From the NCBI GenBank assembly GCA_963739455.1, contig CAVUAK010000001.1:1664001-1728000 (forward strand): a DNA stretch of 64,000 bases. Reading direction: 5' to 3'. The DNA is from an uncultured Gemmatimonadales bacterium (lineage in GTDB: Bacteria; Gemmatimonadota; Gemmatimonadetes; Gemmatimonadales; GWC2-71-9). The notes beneath the pieces are model-generated. The model saw nothing but the letters and a program-made list of their open reading frames with translations. It made no database searches and was not told the origin of the DNA. The number at the start of each line of letters is the position of its first letter. Position 1 is the first letter of the stretch. The position numbers were made by a program, and so were the translations under genes. Positions 21,282 through 31,072 of the stretch are shown here, one piece after another.

Positions 21282-23000
21282 ATGGGACGAGTGGTGCGTG
21301 CTTGCATAATCCTGGCCGGGCTGGTCGGCCTGCCGGCATTGGCCGGAGCCCAGACCGACTACAGGAACCTCGACGACGGGCGCCCGGTTCGCACCGAGGA
21401 CGCGTTCGTTGCTGATCACCATGCCTTCGAGTTGCTCGCGCCGATCATCTTCGATGCCGACGTATCCGGCGCCAACCGCTACACCGCCCAGCCTGAACTC
21501 GAATATGGGGTGATCCCCAACGGCCAGCTGAGCGTCAGGCTGCCCTTCGGGGTGGTCGATAGCGCCGGGAGCGACTGGGGCATGGGAGGCGCGCAGCTGT
21601 CGGCCATGTACAACTTCAACGCGGAGGGCCCGGTACTTCCCGCGTTCTCGGCGCGCGTCGACCTGGCACTTCCGGTGGGCGCGCTCGCCGGCGACGTCGC
21701 CCTCACGACGGTGAAGGCGGTGGCGACCCGGACCTTCGGGCTGACGCGCCTGCACTTGAATGGTGCCTGGACCTTTGGTACCTCCGCAGTGGCTGGGCCC
21801 CGCCTCGAGGCATCTCCCCGCTGGTTCGCCGGCGCGGCCATGGACTACACCTTTTTCCGGAAGAGCATCCTGCTGGTCGGCGAGGTGACTGCCTCCCAGC
21901 AGTACGAGGCGGCACCCACCGCCGTGGCGGCAGCGGTCGGTGCCCGCTGGCAGTGGACGCCCACCCTGGTGCTCGACGCCGGCATCGCGCGGCGCCTGAC
22001 GAGCAACGCCGGCCCCGACCTCCGGCTGACCGTGGGCCTCACCCACGTCTTCGGTATTCGTGGCCTCATGCCTGGGGCTGAGGCGGGAGACATCAGCCCC
22101 AGCCCGGTGTACGTCAGGGTCCGGGCCGAGCAGTTCTACGTTCCGGGCAGCTTCAACTGGCAGTTCCTGGCCCGGTACCCTGCGGCTGCCCGGCTCTTCA
22201 ATGCCTTCGACTATGGGCACGCAACACTGTACGAGCACCTCCTTACATCGCCCCCGGGGGAGCGATCGGCCGCGCTCGAGCGCGAGTACCAGTTCCTCAC
22301 CACAGACCTGCTCCGCCGGCCGCCACATTTCGGCGTGGCTGAAGTGGCAATCGAGCCCCAGTACGCGCGGATCGCGAGGCAGGCCAGGCTCATGTTTGAC
22401 TGGGCCCATGTGCTGCACCGGCAGGTCTACGACGTCTATGCCGATTCGTCACTGTCAGTGACGCAGAAGGATTCCCTGATCGAAACCCTGACCGATTACT
22501 ATCTGAGTCGGCGGGGCTATGCCTTCTCCCCGGTGCCGAAATCGATGGCACTGATGGACGGGCAATGGTTCAGCCAGCGCTTCAGGACGGCCGAGATTCG
22601 GTTCAACGGATTGATTTGGGCCTACCACTGGCTGCAGGTGAGCCTGTACGAGCCGTTCGTGGCCAGCGACATCCCCGCGGTGCAACGGGCCGGGGTGGAT
22701 TCGACGGTGGGGCGGTTCTGGGCAATGTTGGAGGCCGGTGGCGAGGCCCCGACGATCATGCCAATGACGGCCTCAGTGGCTCCCGGGTTCTCGCGGCAGC
22801 ATCCGCGTGCGGCGGTGATCTTCGACAACTTGCACATGATGCACGACATCATCTCCGACATCCTCATTGTGGACACCTTGTCACGGCGGGAGAAGGGTCG
22901 GCTCATCCGGGAGCAACTCGCGGAGTTCCGCGACTCGTCCCGCAACGTCATGACGATGGACGAGTGGCGGTCCATGGGCGGGATGACGCACCAGCACTGA
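21282..23000 (+). CDS. Secreted fusion protein: outer-membrane barrel-like N-half + His/Met-rich helical repeat C-half
   Basis: GGAGA RBS and signal peptide (...PALAGA-Q); beta-strands ending LRLTVGLTHVF; then helical region with paired HxxH motifs. Confidence 0.75.
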   Translation: MGRVVRACIILAGLVGLPALAGAQTDYRNLDDGRPVRTEDAFVADHHAFELLAPIIFDADVSGANRYTAQPELEYGVIPNGQLSVRLPFGVVDSAGSDWGMGGAQLSAMYNFNAEGPVLPAFSARVDLALPVGALAGDVALTTVKAVATRTFGLTRLHLNGAWTFGTSAVAGPRLEASPRWFAGAAMDYTFFRKSILLVGEVTASQQYEAAPTAVAAAVGARWQWTPTLVLDAGIARRLTSNAGPDLRLTVGLTHVFGIRGLMPGAEAGDISPSPVYVRVRAEQFYVPGSFNWQFLARYPAAARLFNAFDYGHATLYEHLLTSPPGERSAALEREYQFLTTDLLRRPPHFGVAEVAIEPQYARIARQARLMFDWAHVLHRQVYDVYADSSLSVTQKDSLIETLTDYYLSRRGYAFSPVPKSMALMDGQWFSQRFRTAEIRFNGLIWAYHWLQVSLYEPFVASDIPAVQRAGVDSTVGRFWAMLEAGGEAPTIMPMTASVAPGFSRQHPRAAVIFDNLHMMHDIISDILIVDTLSRREKGRLIREQLAEFRDSSRNVMTMDEWRSMGGMTHQH

Positions 23001-23059
23001 GCAGGCACCTGGTTCACTGTTCTACCGATTCAATCGCTGACCCACAGGAGCACGTTTAC

Positions 23060-23791
23060 ATGAACCGTCGTCTGGCTCGTCTCGCCGTTGCGATGTTACT
23101 GTGGGCAGTGCCGGTTCGCGCCATCGCACAGAACGTCCCCGCCGAGGGATGGAAGTTCACCATTACGCCCTACTTTCTGTTCCCGAACATGAGCGGAACT
23201 GTCACCGTGGGGCCGGTCGTGTCGGATATCGACGCCAGTCCCGGCGACATCTTCAGCAACCTGCAGTTCGGGTTCATGCTATCGGCTGAGGCGCGGAGCC
23301 CTGAATGGGCCATCGGGTTTAACTCAGTGTACATGGACCTGAGCAAGGACGGTCAAAAACTCGCGACCCAGTTCGATGGCTATCAGGGGAGTTTTGAGCT
23401 CACGGGGTTTCGCCGTCTCATGCCCTGGTTCGAGATCCTGGCTGGCGGCCGCCTCAACATCATGGGGGCGAGTGCCAAGCTGCAGCCAGTGGGCACCGTG
23501 TTTAACAAGGACATAGCCTTCTTCGACCCGTTTCTCGGCGCCCGGTTCACCGTCCCGAACACCGGCAAGTGGGACATCATGTTGCGGGGCGATGTCGGCG
23601 GATTCGGGGTGGGCTCGCAGTTCACCTGGCAGCTGCGACCGACGGTGTCATATCGCCTGTCAAAGCTCGTCTCCGTTGGCGCCGCATATTGGATCTTCAG
23701 CGTGGACTACGACCAGGGCACCGGCATCGACTACTTCAAGTGGGACGTGACGACATTCGGGCCGGAAATCGGCATCTCGTTCACGTTCTGA
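23060..23791 (+). CDS. Outer-membrane beta-barrel protein
   Basis: AGGAG RBS, signal peptide, WKFTITPYFLFP, DPFLGAR, RGDVGGFG, C-terminal GPEIGISFTF (terminal Phe). Confidence 0.85.
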   Translation: MNRRLARLAVAMLLWAVPVRAIAQNVPAEGWKFTITPYFLFPNMSGTVTVGPVVSDIDASPGDIFSNLQFGFMLSAEARSPEWAIGFNSVYMDLSKDGQKLATQFDGYQGSFELTGFRRLMPWFEILAGGRLNIMGASAKLQPVGTVFNKDIAFFDPFLGARFTVPNTGKWDIMLRGDVGGFGVGSQFTWQLRPTVSYRLSKLVSVGAAYWIFSVDYDQGTGIDYFKWDVTTFGPEIGISFTF

Positions 23792-23835
23792 GACTCCAGC
23801 ACCTGACGCAGCATCCCTGAGCAAAGGAACCCAAA

Positions 23836-24544
23836 ATGACTCCCCACACGGTGCGCCTGGCGCGGCACCTGCCGCTGGCCGGACTCTCCCTGCTCCTGCT
23901 CGCCGCCGTTGCCCCGGTCGCCACGGCGCAGGCCCCGAATCCCGGCCAGATGGCCGATGCCTATGCGACAGGCGCCAAGGCGAACGCCCAGTTGATGCAG
24001 AAGTACACCTGGAAGATGCGCGTGCAGCTCACCTATAAGGGCGAGCAGAAGCCGGCCTCGCTCTACCAGATGAACTATGTGGGCGGCCAGCTGCAAAAGA
24101 CGCTCATCAGCGCGCCGCCGGAGGAATCAGGCAGGAAGCACGGCATCAAGCACCGCGTCACGGAAGACAAGATGGCGGAGATCAAGGGTCAGATTGACTC
24201 ACTGGTCGACCTGACCAAGAAGTACATGGCGCCCACACCAGGCCAGATGTTCGACTTCTACTCCAAGGCGACCATCGGGCCGGCCCCGTCCGGCGGGGTT
24301 CAGGCGTCGGGAACCAACTTCGTCCAGCCGGGCGACCAGGTGACCTACTTCATCGATCCTGCCACCAAGAGTCCCACGAGCTTCAACTTCTCGTCGGCGC
24401 TGCAGGGCAAGCCCGTCACCGGCACGGCGACGTACGCCCAGGTGCCCGGCGGCCCCAAGTACGCATCGCAGCTGACGATCAACGACCCGACCGACAACCT
24501 GTCGGTGGCGGTGACCAATTTCGAGTACGTGCTTGAACCAGTAA
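23836..24544 (+). CDS. Exported hypothetical protein, paralog A
   Basis: Signal peptide ending VATA-Q. True end is probably VLNQ* (TAA 24542-24544), as in paralog B, after removing one extra T at ~24533. Confidence 0.8.
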
Positions 24545-24571
24545 CCATCATTTGCGGCGATGGAGGATGGG

Positions 24572-25251
24572 ATGAGACAGGTGCTGATGTCGGTGGCCGT
24601 GCCTGGCGGCGGCAACGGGGTCGGTGGCGCACGCCCAGACCCCGAACCCGGGACTCGCGGCTGACGCCTACGCCACTCATGCGAGGGCGAACGCCCAGCT
24701 GATGCAGAAGTACACCTGGAAGATGCGCGTCCAGCTCACCTACAAGGGCGAGGACAAGCCGGCGCAGCTCTACCAGTTGAACTACGTCAACGGGCAGCTG
24801 CAGAAGACGCTGCTCAGTGCCCCGCCAGCCGAGACCGGGCGGAAGCACGGCATCAAGCACCGCATCAAGGAACAGAAGATCGACGAGTTCAAGGCGTGGG
24901 CCGCGCAGCTCACCGACCTGGTCAAGCGCTACATGTCGCCATCTCCCGGCACCATGATGGACTTCTACTCCAGCGCCACCTTCAGCCCGATGCCCAGCGG
25001 CAACGTGCGCGCGACCGACACCGGCTTCATCCAGCCCGGCGACACCGCGACGTACTGGATCAATCCAGCCACGAAGCAGCCCGTCGACGTACGCCTTCGC
25101 GACGTCGCTGCAGGGCGACGCGGTCAATGCCACCGTGACGTTCGGCCAGGTGCCGGGCGGGCCGCAGTACGCATCGCAGGTGAACATCTCCGTGCCGGCG
25201 AAGGAAGTGTCGGCCACGATCACGAATTTCAACTTTGTCCTGAACCAGTAA
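24572..25251 (+). CDS. Exported hypothetical protein, paralog B (frameshifts ~24602 and ~25084)
   Basis: GGAGG then MRQVLMSVAV/LAAATGSVAHA-Q. Shares ANAQLMQKYTWKMRVQLTYKGE, GQLQKTL, GRKHGIKHR, DFYS, QVPGGP.YASQ and VLNQ* with paralog A. Confidence 0.8.
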
Positions 25252-25269
25252 CCCAGGGTCAATCACGTG

Positions 25270-27555
25270 ATGCGGTACTGGAGATCAGCTCTTGTGGGCG
25301 CAGCAGCGGCGCTGTCACTGGTCGTCGCTCCGCCCGCGAACGCGCAGGAAGTGACACAACTGAGCTGGCCCCGCACGCGCATTGCCCCCAACGGCATGCA
25401 AGTCACGCTCTTCCAGCCCCAGGTGGACTCGTGGAGCTACTACGTCGTCCTCGACTACCACATGGCAGTCGAGCTCCAGCTGCCCGGCGCCTCCTCCTCG
25501 GTGCCCGGGGCGCTGTTCATGACCGGCGAGACGAGTACCGATCTCGAGTCGCAGACCGTGGCGCTCTACAACCAGAAGATCGTCAGGGTGAACTTCCCCG
25601 GCCTGGATGCCGCCACGGCGCAGCAGTATCAGGACGCGCTGCAGTCGCTCGTTCCTGTTGGCACGATGCACCTCTCGCTGCCGCAGCTGCAGAGTTACGC
25701 CGCGGCCGCAAGCGCCTCGGCGGCAACCGCAGGCTCTCCGCCCGCTGCCGCAGGGCCCAATCCGCGCCCTACGGGCTTGCCGCCATCCCTCGCGCAGCCG
25801 GCGCCGCCGATCTACTACAGCCAGTCTCCGGCGATCCTCGTCATCTTTTCGGGCGCGCCCGCGTTTGCTCCCGTGACGCAGGGCTCCAAGCTCTTCTTCT
25901 CCGTGAACACGAACTGGGCGGTGTTCCAGGACAAGACCACGGGCACGTACTATCTGCAGGACCAGGCCAGCTGGCTTCAGGCGCAGAACGTGAACGGCCC
26001 CTGGCAGCCGGCGGCGCAGTTGCCGTCCAGCCTGAAGAACCTGCCGCAAAACGCCGAGTGGAGTGACGTCAACAAGAACATCCCCGGCATGTCCTGGTCG
26101 CCGTCGCAGGTGCCCCAGGTGTTCGTGAGCCAGAAGCCCGCGGAGCTGATCCTGGTGCAGGGGGGGCCGCAGCTCGAGGCGATTCCAGGCACCTCGCTGT
26201 CGTGGGTCACCAACTCCGACAGCGACATTTTTTACTACACGCCGACGGCCCAGTGGTATTTCCTCGTGTCGGGACGCTGGTTCAGCTCACCGACCCTTGG
26301 TACGGGGCCGTGGACCTTTGCGACGACGAGCCTGCCGGCTGACTTCGCGAACATCCCCTCGGATAGCCCGCGTGCAGCGGTGCTCTCATCCGTGCCTGGC
26401 ACCCCCGAGGCCAACGAGGCGGTGGCCCAGGCCCAGATGCCGCACAAGGCCGACGTGAACATTGCGACCACCACCGTAAGCGTTGTCTACGGTGGACCGC
26501 CCCAGTTCACGCCCATCAGCGGCACCACCATGCAGTACGCCACCAACACGTCGTACCAGGTCATCCAGGCCAACGGTAGCTACTACGTCTGCAGCAATGG
26601 GGTCTGGTTCGTGTCGCAGTCCCCGAATGGCCCGTTCGCCGTGGCTACCGTGGTGCCGCAGGTCATCTATACCATTCCGCCGTCGTCGCCGATGTACAAC
26701 GTCACTTATGTGCAGGTCTACGACGTCACACCAACGACGGTCACCGTGGGCTACACCTCGGGCTACAATGGCGCCTACGTCGCCGCGGGCGTGGTGATGC
26801 TCGGCGTCGGCATGGCGATGGCCTACAGCTATCACCCGTACTATCCGCCCGGTTTCGGCTATCCGGTCTACTACCATCCGCCGTATCCCTACACCGGCTA
26901 CGGGTATCACGCCGCGTACAACCCCTATACCGGCGCGTATGCGCACGGATACTCGGCGTACGGCCCGTATGGCGGGGCCAGCGCGGGCGCCGGATACAAC
27001 CCGAGCACCGGCACATACGCGCGCGGGGCGTCGGCGACGGGCCCGTATGGGTCGGCGGCCGCCGCGCAGGCCTACAACCCGCGCACTGGTGCGAGCGCCG
27101 AGACCTACCAGCATTCGAACGCCTATGGGTCGTATGGCTCGTCCGTCGTGTCGAAGAACGGCGAGACGGCGTGGACCAGTCACTCATCCAACGCCTACGG
27201 AACATCGGGAACCGCGCAGACGTCTGATGGCGGCAAGGCAGCGGGCGTGTCGACCGCAAATGGCACCACGGCGGCGGGCAAGACGGCGGACGGCGACCAG
27301 TACGCGACGCACGATGGCAACGTCTACAAGAACACCGGGAGTGGCTGGCAGCAGGGAAGCAGCAGCGGCTGGAGCGACGCGCAGAAGCCGTCGGAGACCG
27401 CGAACGACCAGGCTGCGCGCAGTTCGGCCGCCACGAAATCGTCGGCGACCAGCTCGTGGCAGGGCGGGGGCGGCAGCCGCTACAGCGGCGGCAGCAGTGG
27501 TGGGTACAGTGGCGGCTACAGCAGGGGTGGCGGTGGTGGCGGCGGCCGGCGCTGA
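25270..27555 (+). CDS. Large exported repeat protein with Gly/Tyr-rich tail, paralog C (resembles proteins auto-annotated 'carbohydrate-binding family V/XII')
   Basis: Signal peptide; WPR...FQPQVDSW; three ~70-aa modules ending GPW/GPF; YNPxTG repeats; GGGGRR end. Confidence 0.8.
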   Translation: MRYWRSALVGAAAALSLVVAPPANAQEVTQLSWPRTRIAPNGMQVTLFQPQVDSWSYYVVLDYHMAVELQLPGASSSVPGALFMTGETSTDLESQTVALYNQKIVRVNFPGLDAATAQQYQDALQSLVPVGTMHLSLPQLQSYAAAASASAATAGSPPAAAGPNPRPTGLPPSLAQPAPPIYYSQSPAILVIFSGAPAFAPVTQGSKLFFSVNTNWAVFQDKTTGTYYLQDQASWLQAQNVNGPWQPAAQLPSSLKNLPQNAEWSDVNKNIPGMSWSPSQVPQVFVSQKPAELILVQGGPQLEAIPGTSLSWVTNSDSDIFYYTPTAQWYFLVSGRWFSSPTLGTGPWTFATTSLPADFANIPSDSPRAAVLSSVPGTPEANEAVAQAQMPHKADVNIATTTVSVVYGGPPQFTPISGTTMQYATNTSYQVIQANGSYYVCSNGVWFVSQSPNGPFAVATVVPQVIYTIPPSSPMYNVTYVQVYDVTPTTVTVGYTSGYNGAYVAAGVVMLGVGMAMAYSYHPYYPPGFGYPVYYHPPYPYTGYGYHAAYNPYTGAYAHGYSAYGPYGGASAGAGYNPSTGTYARGASATGPYGSAAAAQAYNPRTGASAETYQHSNAYGSYGSSVVSKNGETAWTSHSSNAYGTSGTAQTSDGGKAAGVSTANGTTAAGKTADGDQYATHDGNVYKNTGSGWQQGSSSGWSDAQKPSETANDQAARSSAATKSSATSSWQGGGGSRYSGGSSGGYSGGYSRGGGGGGGRR

Positions 27556-27561
27556 CAAATC

Positions 27562-29820
27562 ATGAAGTCATTGATGAGGGTCGCGGCATCGTTCGTCCTG
27601 GCGCTCTCGCTGGGTGTGTCGGTCGCGCGCGCGCAGTCCACCAACGAACTGGCGTGGCCGCGAACGCTGACTGCACCCGACGGCATGCTGGTGACGTTCT
27701 ACCAGCCCCAGGTTGACTCCTGGGAATACTACGCCGTCCTCGACTACCACATGGCCATCGAGGTGCAGTTTCCCGGTGCCTCGTCAACTGTTCCCGGCAC
27801 GCTCCGGATGACTGGCCAGACAAGTACCGACGTCACCCGCCAGACGGTGGCACTGTACGACCAGACCATCGTCAGCACCACCTTTCCCGGCACCGACCCC
27901 GGGACAGCGCAGCGATACCAGCACGTCGTGCAGTCGGTCATCCCCACCGGGACGATGAACCTGACGTTGCCGCAGGTGCAGGCCTACATGGCCAGCACCA
28001 CGCCAGCGGGCGTCACCTCTGGTCCACCGCCGGTCGCAGCCGGGCCCAACCCCAAGCTGTCACCCGGCCTGCCGCCCACTCTGCCCCAGCCCGCGCCCCC
28101 GATCTACTACAGTGAGTCGCCGGCCATCCTCGTCATCTTCGAGGGCAAGCCTGGGTTTGCGCCGGTGGTCTCGGGGTCGAAGCTCTTCTTCTCCGTCAAC
28201 ACCAACTGGGCGGTTTTTCAGGACAGGACCAGCGGCACCTACTACCTCCAGGACCAGGCGAGCTGGCTCCAGGCGCAGGACGTGAACGGTGCGTGGCAAC
28301 CGGCGGGGCAACTGCCGGCGAGCCTGTCGAAGCTGCCGGCCAACGGCGAGTGGGACGACGTCACCAAGAACATCCCCGGCATGTCATGGGGCCCCGGGAC
28401 GGTGCCGCAGGTCTTTGTGAGCCAGAAGCCGGCAGAACTCATCCTGCTCGATGGGCCGGCGGAACTTCAGCCGGTTCCCGGCACATCACTCTCGTGGGTT
28501 ACCAACACCGAGAGTGACCTCTTCTTCTATACGCCGACGTCCACCTGGTACTACCTCGTCTCGGGTCGGTGGTTCGCTGCGAGCGGCATGAATGGTCCCT
28601 GGACCTTTGCCACCAACAACCTGCCCGGCGACTTCAGGAATATCCCGGCAGACAGTCCGCGCGCCGCGGTCCTGTCATCCGTGCCTGGGACACCGCAAGC
28701 CAGCCAGGCGGTGGCCATGGCCCAGATGCCGCACAAGGCCGACGTCGACATCGCGACCACCAACGTGAACGTGCAATACGGCGGGCCACCGCAGTTCGCC
28801 CCCATCCAGGGCACGCCAATGCAGTACGCCACCAACACGTCATTCCAGGTGATCCAGGCCAACGGCAGCTACTACGCCTGCAACCAGGCGGTCTGGTTCA
28901 ATTCGCAGTCGCCCAATGGGCCGTGGGTCGTGGCCACTGCGGTGCCACAGGTCATCTACACCATTCCGCCGACGTCACCGATGTACAACGTGACCTACGT
29001 GCAGATCTACGATGCGACGCCCACGACAGTCGTTACCGGATACACCGCCGGTTACAATGGCGCCTTCGTTGCCGCTGGCGTCGTCATGCTCGGCGTCGGG
29101 ATCGCCTGGGCCGCCACCAATCCGTACTATCCGCCGGGATTTGGCTATCCCGTCTACTACCATCCCCCGTATCCGTACGGCGCGTATGGCTATCACGCGG
29201 CGTACAACCCGTACACCGGCGCCTACGCACACGGCATGACGGCGTACGGTCCGTATGGTGGCCGCAGTGCCGGCGCAGCGTACAACCCGTCCACCGGCAC
29301 ATACGCTCGCGGTGCCTCCGTGAGTGGACCGTATGGCTCTGCCGGCATGGCGCAGGCGTACAACCCGCGCACGGGGGCCAGTGCAGAGAGCTATCAGCGC
29401 TCGGATGCATACGGTTCCTACGGATCGTCCGTCGCATCGAAGAACGGGAATACCGCGTGGGGAGCCCACGCCAGTACTGCCAATGGCAATACCGCCATTG
29501 GTGGGGTGAACAACAACATGTACGCCTCGCACGACGGCAACGCATACAAGAACACCGGCAGCGGCTGGCAGCAGGCGGGCAGTGGCGGCTGGAGCAACGC
29601 GTCGAAGCCGAGTGAGTTCGGCAATGACGAGGCCGCCCGCTCCGCCTCGTCACTGGGCGATTCGAACCTCGACTCCTGGCGCAGCGGCGGGGGTGGCGGC
29701 TTCGGTGGTGGAAGCGCTGGTGGGGGCTGGGGCCGGAGCGACGGAGGTGGCTTCGGCGGTGGCGGCTTTGGGGGTGGTGGTGGTGGCTGGGGCCGGGGCG
29801 GTGGCGGGTTCCGCCGCTAG
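27562..29820 (+). CDS. Large exported repeat protein with Gly/Tyr-rich tail, paralog D
   Basis: Colinear with paralog C, with long identical blocks (GSKLFFSVNTNWAVFQD, AQMPHKADV, YYPPGFGYPVYYHPPYPY); ends GGGFRR. Confidence 0.8.
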   Translation: MKSLMRVAASFVLALSLGVSVARAQSTNELAWPRTLTAPDGMLVTFYQPQVDSWEYYAVLDYHMAIEVQFPGASSTVPGTLRMTGQTSTDVTRQTVALYDQTIVSTTFPGTDPGTAQRYQHVVQSVIPTGTMNLTLPQVQAYMASTTPAGVTSGPPPVAAGPNPKLSPGLPPTLPQPAPPIYYSESPAILVIFEGKPGFAPVVSGSKLFFSVNTNWAVFQDRTSGTYYLQDQASWLQAQDVNGAWQPAGQLPASLSKLPANGEWDDVTKNIPGMSWGPGTVPQVFVSQKPAELILLDGPAELQPVPGTSLSWVTNTESDLFFYTPTSTWYYLVSGRWFAASGMNGPWTFATNNLPGDFRNIPADSPRAAVLSSVPGTPQASQAVAMAQMPHKADVDIATTNVNVQYGGPPQFAPIQGTPMQYATNTSFQVIQANGSYYACNQAVWFNSQSPNGPWVVATAVPQVIYTIPPTSPMYNVTYVQIYDATPTTVVTGYTAGYNGAFVAAGVVMLGVGIAWAATNPYYPPGFGYPVYYHPPYPYGAYGYHAAYNPYTGAYAHGMTAYGPYGGRSAGAAYNPSTGTYARGASVSGPYGSAGMAQAYNPRTGASAESYQRSDAYGSYGSSVASKNGNTAWGAHASTANGNTAIGGVNNNMYASHDGNAYKNTGSGWQQAGSGGWSNASKPSEFGNDEAARSASSLGDSNLDSWRSGGGGGFGGGSAGGGWGRSDGGGFGGGGFGGGGGGWGRGGGGFRR

Positions 29821-30954
29821 GCGGTCACCGCCCGGAGCGCCGTGCAGAACTGCTTCATTTCTTCTGGAGTGCCCACCGTTATGCGGGCATAGTTGGGCCA
29901 CACCGGCCAGCTTCGTCCGATCAGCACATTCTGCTCCCGCATGGCGGTCGCGAGTTCGGCTGCCGGGCGCTTCGCGTCGAGCATGAAGCAGTTGCTCACC
30001 GCCGGGTGGAACCCGTAGCCGTACTTGGTCAGGAAGGCGAAGGTCTCCTCGCGCGCCTGCTTCGTGTAGGCCCGCCGGGTTGGCACCAGCGTCGGGTCAT
30101 CGATGCTGACCCGCGCTGCCGCGACTCCCGTAATTGAGCTGATCGTTGAGCCGTACGACCGCAGCTGGTCGAGCACCGGCGGCTGGGCGATTGCCAGCCC
30201 CATCCGAAGCCCCGCCATGCCGTACAGCTTGGAGAAGGTCCGCAGCACCAGCAGGTCCCCGTGCGTATCGACCAGGTCCACCACCGACACCTCGTCACTG
30301 AAGTGGATGTAGGCCTCATCCACCAGCAGGATCGAGCCCGCCGGCTTGTTCGCCAGTGCCCAGATGATCTGCTCGCGTGGCGTGGTGGTGCCGGTAGGGT
30401 TGTTGGGATTGCAGATGTAGAGCAGCCCCGCGTTGGGGCTCGCGGCGCACATGGCGCCGGCATCGTGCGCGAGCGTGGACGTCAGCGGCACCGCGATGGC
30501 GGGAGCCCCCGAAATCTTCGCCGCCTGCCAGCCCGCCTCGAAACCAGGTTCGCCATACACATACGGGCGATTCGGGCCGGTGAAGGCCAGCACCGCGCGA
30601 TGCAGCGGGTCACTCGATCCGTTGAAGGTTTCGACGTATTCCGGCCGCAAGCCCCTCGAGTTCAGCGATACGCGTCCGCAACTCCCGGTCGGCCTGGAAG
30701 GCGTAGCGGCCATCCTCCGCCCCAAGCTGTTGCATCGCATCGAGAGCCGCCCGCGACGGGCCGAGCGGGTTCTCGTTGGAGTTGAGCCGGACAGCGCCGG
30801 CTGGAGGCCGGGTTCGCAGGGCCGCGTAGGCGAGCTCGCCCTCGCTCGACCCCCGGGGCAGGGCGAGCCCCGCCGCCGCCAGGGCCATCAGCCGGGAGAA
30901 GTCGCGTCGCGATACGCCAGCCGGCATCGGGGGCAATTCACTTGGATTTGGCAT
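29817..30954 (-). CDS. Tat-exported PLP-dependent aminotransferase, HisC-like (frameshift ~30650)
   Basis: SRRDF Tat motif, LNSNENPLGP, YICNPNNPTG, VDEAY, RTFSKLYGMAGLRMG, RITVG. Confidence 0.88.
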
Positions 30955-31072
30955 GACGCAGAATTGCCCGCGACACCCCGGCTGTCAAGCAGGGTATTGG
31001 TACCTGTGCTGGCGTCGTGGCCACTTTGGCGGCACATTCGCGCTGTCACTCTCTCTCAACTCGGCGGGACCA

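Noticed and set aside
24624..26066. 480-aa ORF as a single protein
   Set aside because: Chimera of paralog B and out-of-frame paralog C, caused by an insertion at ~25084.
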